A stretch of DNA of 64,000 bases, from positions 9,856 to 73,855 of the IMG/VR virus record IMGVR_UViG_3300032322_002570. The stretch is one strand, 5' to 3'. How positions within the stretch are numbered: the stretch's first letter is position 1; the number at the start of each line of letters is the position of its first letter. The stretch is from a virus. The position numbers and the translations under genes were made by a program. Positions 27,743 through 38,000 of this stretch are shown here, piece by piece. Below the pieces are notes generated by a model. That model was not told the origin of the DNA. It made no database searches and saw only the letters and a program-made list of their open reading frames with translations.

Positions 27743-27766
27743 AGCCGCCGGGTGGAACCGACGGCC
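27743..27766 (-). terminator. probable intrinsic terminator
   Basis: GGCCGTCGG-TTCCAC-CCGGCGGCT followed by TTGTTG. Confidence 0.55.
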
Positions 27767-27769
27767 TTG

Positions 27770-28052
27770 CGTCCCTGTTTGCGCGGCCCACCGATCTGGT
27801 TCGGCGGGTTGTGCAGCAAGACGAGGTCGACTTCTCCCCTTACCGATTTCGGCTTGCGCCCAGGGGAGGCCATCCCCCTGACCGGTCCCCCGACAAGGAG
27901 GCTCCGGATTTAGCCCCGCCCCTGCGGTAGGTGACGGGTACAGTGCACAGGCTGGCCGAATGCCTGGCTAGGGCTCTTCCGGGGCAGAGGTCAGAGGTAC
28001 GGACTGGGGCTGATCCCCGCGTGTCTGACGTGAACTCCCCATCCGTGCTCTC
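27770..28052 (-). ncRNA. candidate structured non-coding RNA(s)
   Basis: No convincing ORF; TACAAT at 28060-28055; long hairpin 27993-28051; multibranch domain 27803-27920 with GCAA tetraloop; terminator downstream. Confidence 0.45.
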
Positions 28053-28119
28053 CTATTGTACCGATGGGTGGCCGATGCCGCTCGCCGGTGGACGGCTTCG
28101 GGACTGGCACGCCCTGGCA

Positions 28120-28192
28120 TGGGGGTCGCGGGGATCGAACCCGCCTTCGCGGCGTTATAAGCACCGAGCATTCTCCAGATTGCTAGACCCCC
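28120..28192 (-). tRNA. tRNA-Ile (anticodon TAT)
   Basis: Cloverleaf: GGGGGTC/GACCCCC acceptor stem, CGGTG-CTTATAA-CGCCG anticodon arm, GCGGG-TTCGATC-CCCGC T arm; CCA not encoded. Confidence 0.92.
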
Positions 28193-28198
28193 TGGCTC

Positions 28199-29176
28199 CT
28201 AGTTGTCAACGCTATCCTCATTGCGACAACGGAAATAGTGCCGCAGCAGGTCGCGCAGTCTGACGCTTTTCTCGAAATCTTTGTCCTGTTTTCCGCGCAT
28301 ACTTAGTTCATAGACGCCTTGATAGTTTCGCACAAGGTCTACGCCGGGATCAAAGTCTGTGTCGTTCAGGATCTGCCAGCGATCCCAGTACTTGCGATCG
28401 GCTTTCTTTCCATGCCAGTAATGAATAATATGCCCTTTCATGTAGCCTACATCCATCCTGATTGCCGGCAACTGCCGCCGCTCCCACTCAAGTACTGCGC
28501 GACGGTAAGCCTTTGGCGCTTTTGGGTGATAGCTTCGCGATGCTTGTCCGATAAAGGCCAGCGCCATGTGGCGATCACCAGCTCCGGCGACGCCAACGTC
28601 GAAGAGTCCGCCCATGGCATCCCAGGCCTCTCGCGTACAGGCCCAGGCGTAGCCCGGGTGCCACTCGTGGTATGTTGTCTCTGGATGAATGGCGCCGCTC
28701 TCGATGTAGCGGCTCATGAAACTGTGATGCGTCTGAAGCGCTTCACCATTCGGCCCGAGGTCGGTTGCCGTCTGCCAGAGTTGAATGACTTGATACACCT
28801 GCAGCATGTGCATGGCTTCCGTCACCCAGTCGCTCGGCTCTTTCCACCCGACGAAGTCAACGTCGGCGTCGATCCAAGCGACATACTCCCAGTCTGACGG
28901 GAGACGACTGACAAGGATATTCAGGCAGTTTTCTTTTGCCCAAAGTTCGTCTCGACCACGAAGCCGAAGGTGGCGCGGGTTCTTTGGATCGGTGATTTCA
29001 AACGGGCGAGAACCGAGCTGAAGCTCTGCAGTCCAAAGGCTGACACCCGCTCGGCGCATCCTTTCATTGAACTCATGCCACAGACGATAGCGGCTGCCGA
29101 AGCGCACCGGGTTGCTGATCATTGTGACAACATGCAGCCGGCTGTTGTCAAACGAGCCGTAGCGTGGGCAGGTCAC
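28199..29176 (-). CDS. GT-A fold glycosyltransferase-like protein
   Basis: WAKENCLN...YVAWIDADVDF (DxD), HPGYAWA, GAGD, HYWHG. Confidence 0.75.
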   Translation of the reverse strand: MTCPRYGSFDNSRLHVVTMISNPVRFGSRYRLWHEFNERMRRAGVSLWTAELQLGSRPFEITDPKNPRHLRLRGRDELWAKENCLNILVSRLPSDWEYVAWIDADVDFVGWKEPSDWVTEAMHMLQVYQVIQLWQTATDLGPNGEALQTHHSFMSRYIESGAIHPETTYHEWHPGYAWACTREAWDAMGGLFDVGVAGAGDRHMALAFIGQASRSYHPKAPKAYRRAVLEWERRQLPAIRMDVGYMKGHIIHYWHGKKADRKYWDRWQILNDTDFDPGVDLVRNYQGVYELSMRGKQDKDFEKSVRLRDLLRHYFRCRNEDSVDN

Positions 29177-29236
29177 TGGAGTGGGGCGGCAAATGGCGGA
29201 CCCTCGGATTCTAGCACGCGCGGCCGCGTTTTGCGA

Positions 29237-30016
29237 CTACGGCGCCAGCCTGGCGCGGTGGAGACGGCTCTCCTTGTACCAAGCGGCTATCTCGGGCGCC
29301 CAAGCCTCGAGATGAGGCCACATTAGATCGCACAGGGCACGGATCTCGAGCTGCGCGTCGAGCTTGGCCCGCAGATCGAGGAAGTGCAGCAGCGCCCGCA
29401 GGCTGAAGCTCACCACGAAGTGCTGGCGGTAGTCGAACGCCAACACACCACGAGCGTCTTCCTCAGTCACTCCGAGATTGATCTCGCGGGTGTACCGAAT
29501 GGCGGTGTCGTAGCAATGAATCAGGCGCTCTTTGCGGCGCTCATTGGTGTAGTAGTACCTCTTGCCCTGTCGATCCACGTAGGAGCCGACGGGGCGGACG
29601 TAGAACAGGCGCTCGAGCGCTGTGAACCAAGGATGATCAAGGCTCAGGTCCTGGGGGCAGACTGCCTTGCTTTCCTGGATGAACCGATAGACCCTGTCGC
29701 CCGTATAGCGCATCGACTGCACATCGAAGCTCACCCCGACCCGGTGGGTGCGGGCCTGCTGCATCACCGAGTGGGGAAAGAACCCAGTGGCAAACGTGAT
29801 CTGCGGGTGCTCAAGGGGGCCGTAGTGCCCCCGTTCCCCGGCCAGCAGGCGCTTCACGCAGATCTCGCCGGCCTTTGACTCCTCAGGACAGGGCTCGTCA
29901 GCGACGAAGTTCTCGCTGTAGTCCTGGTGCATCGCCTGCCAGCAGGCCTGCTGCGGGTTCGGGGTCGCCGCCAGGCGCTCGACCCGAAACAGGGGGTCGT
30001 AGATGGACTCGGGCAT
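29237..30016 (-). CDS. thyX: FAD-dependent thymidylate synthase
   Basis: GHYGPLEH, QARTHRVGVSFDVQSMRY, EDAR and LRAKLDAQLEIR (cyanobacterial type). Confidence 0.95.
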   Translation of the reverse strand: MPESIYDPLFRVERLAATPNPQQACWQAMHQDYSENFVADEPCPEESKAGEICVKRLLAGERGHYGPLEHPQITFATGFFPHSVMQQARTHRVGVSFDVQSMRYTGDRVYRFIQESKAVCPQDLSLDHPWFTALERLFYVRPVGSYVDRQGKRYYYTNERRKERLIHCYDTAIRYTREINLGVTEEDARGVLAFDYRQHFVVSFSLRALLHFLDLRAKLDAQLEIRALCDLMWPHLEAWAPEIAAWYKESRLHRARLAP

Positions 30017-30028
30017 TGGTGTCGCGGC

Positions 30029-30244
30029 TTACTTGCTGTCGACGATAGCAGCAATCACCAGCAGGAGCAAGGCCACCGCTCCGACCGCCCCCAGGATGGC
30101 GAAGGGGATCCAGAAGGGCGCCAGCACCCAGACCCAGGGCAGGGAGATGTAGCCGAGCGCCTTCGGGACCACCAGGGTGGCGCCAAGCAGGCCCAGCACT
30201 GGGAAGGAGTTGTTGACCTGCACGGTCGGTTCGTTGGAGGACAT
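30029..30244 (-). CDS. small membrane protein
   Basis: KALGYISLPWVWVLAPFWIP; common phage TM family. Confidence 0.65.
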   Translation of the reverse strand: MSSNEPTVQVNNSFPVLGLLGATLVVPKALGYISLPWVWVLAPFWIPFAILGAVGAVALLLLVIAAIVDSK

Positions 30245-30293
30245 CGCGGAACAAGGCGGCCGGGCGTCCCCAATGTGCCATACAATGGCCGCG

Positions 30294-31223
30294 CTACAGA
30301 CCGAAGTCGATCGGAGCCGCCACGCCAGTGATGAAGTCGCGGTCCGCCTGGAGAGAGGTGACATTCCGGAGCACACTCCCCTCCAGGCCATCCATCAGCC
30401 ATACCGGCTGCCCATTGCGGAACGCGCCGGTGATGCCGTCCACGTTGCTTCGCAGCGGCGAGGCGTGGTCCGTATCGGCCACGACCGGGCCATCCAGTCC
30501 ACTGATGTTTGCACCCAGGCTGGCAGGAGCAAACCAGTCGGCGCCGGAGCGCTTCATCCATTCATCACTGGTGCGAGTCACGTAACTGACTCCAACCGGC
30601 TTGTCGGTCAACTTCTGAACGAATGAAACAAATTTACGCTGCCAGCCGGTAGTCACGCTACTGCGGTCCGGCTCGTTTGCGATCTCATAGATCACGTTGT
30701 CAAACGGCTCCAGTCGTCGCACCAACTCACGCACCACCCGCTTCTGGTATCGGTTCCACGGCCCCCTGGAGTGCACCAGATTCACGGCAGAGGGACCAAC
30801 GCCTTGTGCATTGTTGCTGGGGTTCAGTGGGTGTCTGGCCCACTCGTCAGCCCCGAAAAATCGATTAAACGCTCCATCGAAAAGGACGACGCCAGCGACC
30901 TTCCCCTGCCGCCTTGTGGACTTGACGACCTGTTCCCAGCGGTCGAAGTATGCTGGGTTCAGCTTCTCCAGGTCAAACTTGCCATCGACCCTGCGCCAGG
31001 GCATGGGCGAAACGATGGCGTCCCTCCCGGTGCTCCATGGCTGGGGGCCGTCCAGGGTCACTCTTGGTACCTCGACGCTCCACAGACGGGTGAAGTTGCC
31101 GACAAGCTGACGCAGGGGGCGCAGCCTGCCGCCGAAGGACTGCACGGTGTCCCACGTGTGGGACCCCGCCAGGCGAAGATTTTCGCCGCGATAGCGAAAC
31201 TGATCGTTACGAATCTTGATCAT
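30294..31223 (-). CDS. glycoside hydrolase clan-A-like (GH5/DUF4038-like) TIM-barrel protein
   Basis: KFDL..LNPAYF, VVLFD, NVIYEIANEP (acid/base NE), DTDH. Confidence 0.65.
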   Translation of the reverse strand: MIKIRNDQFRYRGENLRLAGSHTWDTVQSFGGRLRPLRQLVGNFTRLWSVEVPRVTLDGPQPWSTGRDAIVSPMPWRRVDGKFDLEKLNPAYFDRWEQVVKSTRRQGKVAGVVLFDGAFNRFFGADEWARHPLNPSNNAQGVGPSAVNLVHSRGPWNRYQKRVVRELVRRLEPFDNVIYEIANEPDRSSVTTGWQRKFVSFVQKLTDKPVGVSYVTRTSDEWMKRSGADWFAPASLGANISGLDGPVVADTDHASPLRSNVDGITGAFRNGQPVWLMDGLEGSVLRNVTSLQADRDFITGVAAPIDFGL

Positions 31224-31272
31224 TGCGCGGACGTTCGCGAAAGACTTTGTAACCGGCTAGACAGTAGCACGC

Positions 31273-32190
31273 CTAGGAGGCTTCTGGGGTAGCGAAGATC
31301 GACTCCATGTCTTCGTCGTAATCGTCGCCAATGTACTCTTCAACGGGAGAGCGGTAGTAGCTTGGCAGTCCCAGCATGGTGGACTGGACCCCTGGTCCGT
31401 CCCAGCGATTCTCTTCCAGGCAGCGGCGCAGGCGCATCCTGGCTTCGCCCGTCTGCCGGTAGGACTCCTCGACGGCGGCGGCGTCTAATGATATAACGCT
31501 GCAGTTATACGGCGCCTCGCGCTCGATCGCAACGAAGACGAATTCGGTCGGCAGGTCATAGCAGGCAGCAACGCCCTCGCTGTACCAGCCCGATTGAAAC
31601 AGGTAGTTAAGCCCACCAAAGATTTTTTTCTGGAAGACGTCAGGATCGGCGCAGTCCGTCGTCTTCAGATCCAGCACCACGGCGCGATCGGGCAACAGCA
31701 GCAGGCGATCGACCCGCGCCTTGCACTCGATGTCCTGCTGCCGCCAGTAGATCGAGACCTCGTTGTACTTGTGGTAATCCGGCTGCGCGGGGTCGAACCA
31801 CTCCAGCCGCCGAAGCGACTCCGTCATCCCGTGCACGGCATCCCACGAGCGCAGCGCATCCGTCCGCGAGAGCGGCGTTCTGCCTTCCTGCTGCGCGCGC
31901 CACGCCTTGCCCTCTTTCGTCGTCAACGACAGCCCTTCGGGCTTCATCACGTAGCGCTTCTCGAACTCCTCATCGCCCTCCAGGGCCTTGCAGTGGACGG
32001 CAGTACCAAGCTCCATCACGGGTGTGGGCGAGAACCTCCGCGTCTTGGCGCACTGGTAGTGCGCTGGTGACTGCAGGATGTGCTTCAGGACGCTCTGCGA
32101 CTCACCGGTCGCCTTGCGATACTCGGGCTCAGGCTGGAAGTAGACATGCCTGCCCATCAGGTCCTCGGTGCTTGGTGCTGCCATAGGCAC
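31273..32190 (-). CDS. RecE/exonuclease VIII-like PD-(D/E)XK nuclease
   Basis: SQSVLK..SPAHY, GTAVH, EVSIYW, CKARVD, DLKTT, YLFQ. Confidence 0.85.
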   Translation of the reverse strand: MPMAAPSTEDLMGRHVYFQPEPEYRKATGESQSVLKHILQSPAHYQCAKTRRFSPTPVMELGTAVHCKALEGDEEFEKRYVMKPEGLSLTTKEGKAWRAQQEGRTPLSRTDALRSWDAVHGMTESLRRLEWFDPAQPDYHKYNEVSIYWRQQDIECKARVDRLLLLPDRAVVLDLKTTDCADPDVFQKKIFGGLNYLFQSGWYSEGVAACYDLPTEFVFVAIEREAPYNCSVISLDAAAVEESYRQTGEARMRLRRCLEENRWDGPGVQSTMLGLPSYYRSPVEEYIGDDYDEDMESIFATPEAS

Positions 32191-32318
32191 AATATATGCA
32201 GAGCCAGCCCGCCATGTTCCGGTACCGCTACCGCCATCCAGGGTCCAGCATGTGGCGCTACGACGTGGCCACCTCGCTGGAGTCGCTTGAGTACGCCAGG
32301 CGGGTCTTCAAGGCCTGG

Positions 32319-32774
32319 TCATTCCCGTTTGAAGCCATTTAGCTCCAGGATCCTGGCCTCCCATGCCGACTCCGCAAGAGAGGTTGGGACCCAGTCGACA
32401 ACGAGAAGCGGAATGATGCCCAGGCGGTCGTCACCCCAAAGGATACCCTCCTCTTTCTGCTTCTTCAGCGGAGCGGCGGCGTCCATAAAGAAACCGGCCA
32501 GGTTGTCCGCGTCGCCCCTTGCTTCTCCCTGGACCCTCAAGTAGAGCCCAACCGGGCCCTCGAGCATCGGCCTCGGCCATTGTGCCTTGAGGTGATCCCT
32601 GAACTCCTTGCGCGCATTCTTATACGCAGTGTCCATGTAGGCGTGGCCAGACTTGGTCAGCCTGGGTCTTTGCTTGAAAGCCATTGGAAGGGGGATCTGC
32701 AGCACGTAGTCCGGCTCGAGAATCAGCCGGCTGATCCGGCTCAGTTCAGCGCTCACGGATGTTCCTCGCGTCAT
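32319..32774 (-). CDS. rusA: RusA-like Holliday junction resolvase
   Basis: KQRPR, DADNLAGFFMDA and WGDD motifs. Confidence 0.78.
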   Translation of the reverse strand: MTRGTSVSAELSRISRLILEPDYVLQIPLPMAFKQRPRLTKSGHAYMDTAYKNARKEFRDHLKAQWPRPMLEGPVGLYLRVQGEARGDADNLAGFFMDAAAPLKKQKEEGILWGDDRLGIIPLLVVDWVPTSLAESAWEARILELNGFKRE

Positions 32775-32928
32775 AGCAGACGACCGTCCGGCGTTCGTTC
32801 ACAAGTTCGATGATGCAGCGGTCTGGGTAGCAGGCGACGACGGCGCCAGGCTTCCAGCCGGTGCCCGTATAGACCGAGACGGAATGATGCTTAGTATAGG
32901 CACGAAATCGGCCTGGACTGTCTGACAT
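32746..32928 (-). CDS. hypothetical protein
   Basis: 60-aa ORF (GTGWKPG...YDARNI). Confidence 0.55.
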   Translation of the reverse strand: MSDSPGRFRAYTKHHSVSVYTGTGWKPGAVVACYPDRCIIELVNERRTVVCYDARNIRER

Positions 32929-33030
32929 GCGCTCGGATCCCTTTTGTTTCGGCACCTGCTCGACTGGCTCCTTAACACAGTATATCGTCCCTCCCATGCC
33001 GGTATACTAGAGTGTAGATCGACCCGTGCA

Positions 33031-33261
33031 ATGTCCGAAACCCTTGGTCAGATCGTTCGCGACATTCGCGATCAAATCAGTGGAACCGTCAGCAGCGGCG
33101 GAAACTCGATTCCCCCATGGGACTACCGCCAGTTCTCGTACTCCGGCGGCAACCTGACCACCGTGACCTACAAGAGCGGTGGCGCTGCGGGTGAGGTGGT
33201 TGCGGTGCAAACGCTTGCCTATGACGGAAGCGATAAGCTAATCAGCGAGACCTGGAGCTGA
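33031..33261 (+). CDS. small virion-associated protein
   Basis: YSGGNLTTVTYKSGG; first gene after GGTATACTA. Confidence 0.6.
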   Translation: MSETLGQIVRDIRDQISGTVSSGGNSIPPWDYRQFSYSGGNLTTVTYKSGGAAGEVVAVQTLAYDGSDKLISETWS

Positions 33262-33265
33262 TCTG

Positions 33266-33826
33266 ATGGCCTATCGATTTAACCCTTTTTCCGGCACGCT
33301 GGATCTCGTTGGCGAGGGAACGATTGAGTCGGGACTGCAGCCCGGAGACGAGCTTACGGAACTTGGCAGTGGTGATGCGGCACAGGGACAGGTGCCGGCA
33401 GCAGATGGAGAAGGCGGAATCACATGGGAAGATCCGCAGTCGGGCGGCGTCGTGCAGCGCAGCACCGCCTCCGTGACCCTGACGGCTTTGGCTGGCGGCG
33501 CCACTGGCACCGGCACAATCACGCTGCCGAGGGCCTGCACGATCCTGAGCATCGAGACAAACCGCGCCGGATGGGTGAGGCTCTATGACAGCGCAGCCGC
33601 AAGTGCCGCCGACGCGTCACGACTACGAACGGCCGATCCCGGTCCTGATGATGGCGTGATCGCTGAGGTCATCACTACTGGAGCGGCAACAGCGGTGCCG
33701 TCTAACAAGCCTATTGCTGCAAACGCTGAGACGACACCGACTACCTCCTACCCTGTCAGGGTCACGAATGACGGGGCCACTGGGGATTTCACCGTGACCA
33801 TTACCCACATCCAAATCCAACCCTGA
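33266..33826 (+). CDS. putative tail fibre-associated protein
   Basis: MAYRFNPFSGTLD N-terminus; WVRLY...DASR...P..GVIAEV. Confidence 0.6.
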   Translation: MAYRFNPFSGTLDLVGEGTIESGLQPGDELTELGSGDAAQGQVPAADGEGGITWEDPQSGGVVQRSTASVTLTALAGGATGTGTITLPRACTILSIETNRAGWVRLYDSAAASAADASRLRTADPGPDDGVIAEVITTGAATAVPSNKPIAANAETTPTTSYPVRVTNDGATGDFTVTITHIQIQP

Positions 33827-33828
33827 TC

Positions 33829-34818
33829 ATGGCCGTCACCAAGCAGACCTACACCGCTACCGCCACCTGGACCGCATCAGGGCTGGCAGACATATTCCGC
33901 TCGGCATTTATTGATGCTGGCCTGATGACCGAATGGCACGACGCCTTCCTGTCGGGCTCCATTGAGAACCGTGTCCTTGCCGTTGCATACAACGCAGCCA
34001 AGACGTATGGCACAACCTATTACTGGTTCCAGTTCACTACTGGCGGTGTGTTCTACAGCAACGCAAGCGGGTGGAACGCTGCCAGCGACATCCCCAGCGG
34101 GACGCAGTATCTGGACTTCTATGCCACTACGACCAACGCCACGACAAACCACGTGCAGCTTCTTGCACTGGCCACAAACACGACCGTAACGCTGACCCGT
34201 TACACGTCGAGCAACATGACCTTTTTCCTGTTGCGGAGCGGTTCCAATAGCTTGCCGTTTTGCATTGACAGTCCTGGCGTCACTTTTCAGTCGTGGGCTG
34301 ACCTTGACAGGGGCTATCACAACGGTCTTCTAAGAGTGTCCACAGAGCTAGCAACCACGACAGCGGGCGTTCGATTTTCAACGCTTTTCAGATGCAGAAG
34401 GGCCTTCCTGGATGGATGCGTGAACTATGGTAGCACTCTTGTAAACAACAACTACAACGACGAAATTCCAATCAGCAAATTTGCTTTCTTTGGCGCAGTT
34501 TCAAACAGCCCTAACAACGTTTTTGGCGCATCTTCTCCAGAATCGGGATTGGCGCTCCCATACGCGACAACCGCTGGGAACCCGGCATTTGCTGCCGGGT
34601 TCTCTCCTGTTTATACGGGACTCCAGCTTCAATCGGTTCTTTCTAGCACGATGCCAGACGACTTTGGGATCTTCGCTTCCAGGGCTGTCAACACCTGGTC
34701 GGTTCAGGACACACTGACCGTTACCGCTGGCGTCGAAGAGTATGAGGTTCTTTCCCGAGCCAACGGCGCTGGCGTTGCCGGGCAACCTTCTGCACTCGTG
34801 CTTGCGAGGACCGTCTGA
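33829..34818 (+). CDS. putative virion structural protein
   Basis: 329 aa, Thr/Ser/Ala-rich beta protein in the late operon. Confidence 0.6.
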   Translation: MAVTKQTYTATATWTASGLADIFRSAFIDAGLMTEWHDAFLSGSIENRVLAVAYNAAKTYGTTYYWFQFTTGGVFYSNASGWNAASDIPSGTQYLDFYATTTNATTNHVQLLALATNTTVTLTRYTSSNMTFFLLRSGSNSLPFCIDSPGVTFQSWADLDRGYHNGLLRVSTELATTTAGVRFSTLFRCRRAFLDGCVNYGSTLVNNNYNDEIPISKFAFFGAVSNSPNNVFGASSPESGLALPYATTAGNPAFAAGFSPVYTGLQLQSVLSSTMPDDFGIFASRAVNTWSVQDTLTVTAGVEEYEVLSRANGAGVAGQPSALVLARTV

Positions 34819-35012
34819 TGCCTGAATCCATTACACCAGCAGCAGGAATCAGCACCAGACCCGCTGCGACTGAAACCCTGTCAAGTTTTGCTCCCGACCT
34901 TGGTGGCACTGAGCAGCTTGACCGAGTTGCGTTCGATGCCCCATCCGGGCCCGGCCCCGAGCCGACTCGCCCTGCTGCAGGTTGGATATTCCCGAGAGGC
35001 TTATCTCTCTAG
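34818..35012 (+). CDS. hypothetical protein
   Basis: 64-aa coupled ORF ending in RPAAGWIFPRG. Confidence 0.5.
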   Translation: MPESITPAAGISTRPAATETLSSFAPDLGGTEQLDRVAFDAPSGPGPEPTRPAAGWIFPRGLSL

Positions 35013-35046
35013 TTGCCGCACTCGTTCTGTTTCCTGACTCATTCCA

Positions 35047-38000
35047 ATGGCTTCCGATCTGATCCAGTTCATTCAGTCAAGCCTCTCTGAGGCGCAGGCA
35101 ACAGAGGCTACGCTCGCCGCCCGCATTGCTGATCTCGACGCAGCAAACACCGAAATCGCGGAACTCGAGGCCGAGCTTGCGGCGGCCCAAGAACGCATCA
35201 GGGAGCTTGAAGCCCTCCAGAACAAAGTCCCCGTAGGCGGTGCTGACACGCTGGCCGCTACTCAGGATACCCGGGTCACTTACTCAGCGGCTCAGCTACT
35301 CGCAAACGACAGTGACGCTGATCCCGGCGATGTGCTCAGGATCGCCAGCGTTGCCAGCGGCACTGGTGGAGCAGTGGTGCTCAATGCGGACGGTACCGTT
35401 ACGTTTACGCCCGCTGCTGGCTTTAGTGGCGCCGCAAGTTTCGTCTACACCGTCACCGATGGGAAAGCGGCTTCCGCCTCTGTCAGCGTGACCGTGAACG
35501 TTGCCCCTGCTACCCCGCCAACTGCCAGACAGACCATTCTCACCACCCAAGTTCCGGTTGACCTGAATCGCAGTGATAACCAACCGTGGGAGGTTGGTGT
35601 TCGATTCACAACTGCTGTTGATGGTCTGATTACCGCAATTCGTTTCTTCAAGAGCGCTGGTGAAACCGGCACTCGCACCGGCAAGTTGTGGACTGACAGT
35701 GCGCAGCTTGGATCTGTTGCATTTGCCAACGAAACTGCATCTGGCTGGCAGGAGCAGGCGTTTTCGACTCCAATCCAGGTTCGTGCAGGGACTGTCTACA
35801 CGGCAAGCGTAAACATCAACCGTTTCTACACGGCGACCAACAACGGATTTGCTTCCGCAATCACAAACGGAAGCTTGACGGCTCCTGTCCAGGCCGGTCG
35901 TTACGGCGGCACTGTAAACGCTCGTCCGAACGCCATCTTTGCCAATCAGAACTACTTTGTCGATGTGGTGTTCGTTGCGCAAGAGCAGCCAACAACAGCA
36001 CTGGATTTTTCAATTCAGGGCGAAGCCGATGCGGCGCAGTTTCTGCGCACCGCCACCATGGGGCCAACGCTAAGCGAAATCACTACGCTGGCAGCGTCCA
36101 ACAACGCAGAAAGCTGGTTCGATGCTCAGGTTGCAGCCAGTTATGACGGCAGCCAATTTGCCGAATGGACACCGGGCGCCAGTGGCAAGTTCACCAGGAA
36201 ACCGGGCTGGATCGCTCAGGTCAACTCATGGATGACGCTTCCCCGTGGCGAAGCGTTCTCAAACGAGGGCATCGACTCTGGCGAGGGTCACGCCGACAGA
36301 CCGCAGCGGCAATGGTATAACTATCGAATGATTGACACGGGCTTACTTTACAACAACCCGCCTGTTGGTGGATTGTGCAACCCAACAAGTGCTGCTGCTC
36401 CCAGGGCGCCGCAGAAATCGCTGATGCTGCGGCTGTCGTGGATTATGTCGAAGTTCATTGTGACTTCAATTCCTGGCGGAGGTGTAGAGCGGACTAGGTA
36501 TGACGGTCCAGCCTGGTACGAACTGATCTCCCGCCACGTATTCGGCAACTACGCCGACTTCCTGGAAGAAGTAACGTACTCTTTCCCAATGGCCAAAATG
36601 TTGACCCATTACGCAAATGCGCGTGGGCCGCAGGCCGATCAAAACTTCGCGCGAGAAATCGTGCAACTAATGACCATGGGCATTTGGTCGCTCAACGACG
36701 GCGGTGTGCCGTTGCTCGATCAGAGCGGTCAGCGAGTGCCCAATTATGTCAACCAGGATATTGTTGAGCTTTCCAAGGTCTACACCGGACTGGTGCATCC
36801 GTGGTTGCTGAATGAGCAGGTTTACTACCAGGATCCAGCTCCTGAGATTTTCCGTGCCGGCTTCTCGCTGACCACGGATCAAAGATGGATTAGGGATCAT
36901 TTCGGTGCACACTTTAGAGGTGTTTCTGGCAACGACCGCGTTAGCCGCTCAAACGAGATTGACGTTCGATTCACTAACTACGGCTATCGCAAGCCCCTCA
37001 GCCGTGTTGAAGCGGGCAAACGGTATCGGATTGCCAGCGTCAGCAATGGCGCTGCGTTCGCGTCCATAGGTGCCGACAGCACTCCGGCTGTCGGAGAGGT
37101 GTTTCTGGCAACGGCTGATGGCACGTCCGCCATGGTCAGCGCGGGGCTTGTCGAAGAGCAGCACATCAGCTTCGCCGGCTCCTATCCGCGCCTTAAAATC
37201 TCTGCAGGACTGCATGATTTTGGTGCGGTTTCAATCCCGCGATTCAACATCAACATCCCTGCTGGCACTGATCCAGAGACTGAAATCCGCCTGGTCACGA
37301 AAGCGCTGGTCAACCATCCCAGCACTGCACCCTATGTCTGCACACGGCTGATTCGTTTCGCTACTACAGCCAATCCATCACCGGGCTACGTGTCTCGGGT
37401 TGTTCGGGTGTTCCGCGACAACGTAGACAACCCGCAGCAAATGGCCGCTGTGTGGAAAGCAATTCTGTTTGATCCAGAAGTGAGAACAGGCACCCGCACC
37501 AATGCTGCCAATTTTGGCAGGCTGCGTGATCCGTATGAACTGTTTACCGGCCTGATTCGCCCGCTCGGATTTACGTCTCATCATACCAGCGACCGAAACG
37601 AAGTTGCCTGCTTCTACCGTGGGCCCGGAAATCAAAATGGGATGGCCCCTGCTGTTGCTCCTAGTAACAAGCAGGCTGGATTCCTATTTGTTACGGAGCG
37701 GGATGATGATGACTGGGACGCTCAGGTGTTGCTCGGTGTTTATCCCACCAGGGCGCCATCAATTTTTGGACACTACCCGCCTGACGGGACAATGCCAGGG
37801 GACACTGAAATCCTGTCTCCAGAATCAATCCTTTATACGCCTGGCCGCCTAAGTAGCGTCAGCAGAGTGCTGGAGCGGCTGATCAGCTTCGGGCCAAACG
37901 CATACCGCACGATTAACCGATCTGCGGTTGACCAGCCGATTTTGGTTGGCAGCTTGGCTCCAATCACGTATGACTGGTTGCCGACCAGTACACCGGCGGC

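Noticed and set aside
27462-27791. N-terminal extension of ORF 26859..27791
   Set aside because: Kinase motifs begin after ATG 27461; the extension overlaps another ORF and a terminator
27770-27920. Resemblance to a c-di-GMP-I riboswitch or hammerhead ribozyme (GGCGCAAGCC, GAAA)
   Set aside because: Lacks the hammerhead CUGAnGA core and the full GEMM consensus; kept only as an unassigned ncRNA candidate
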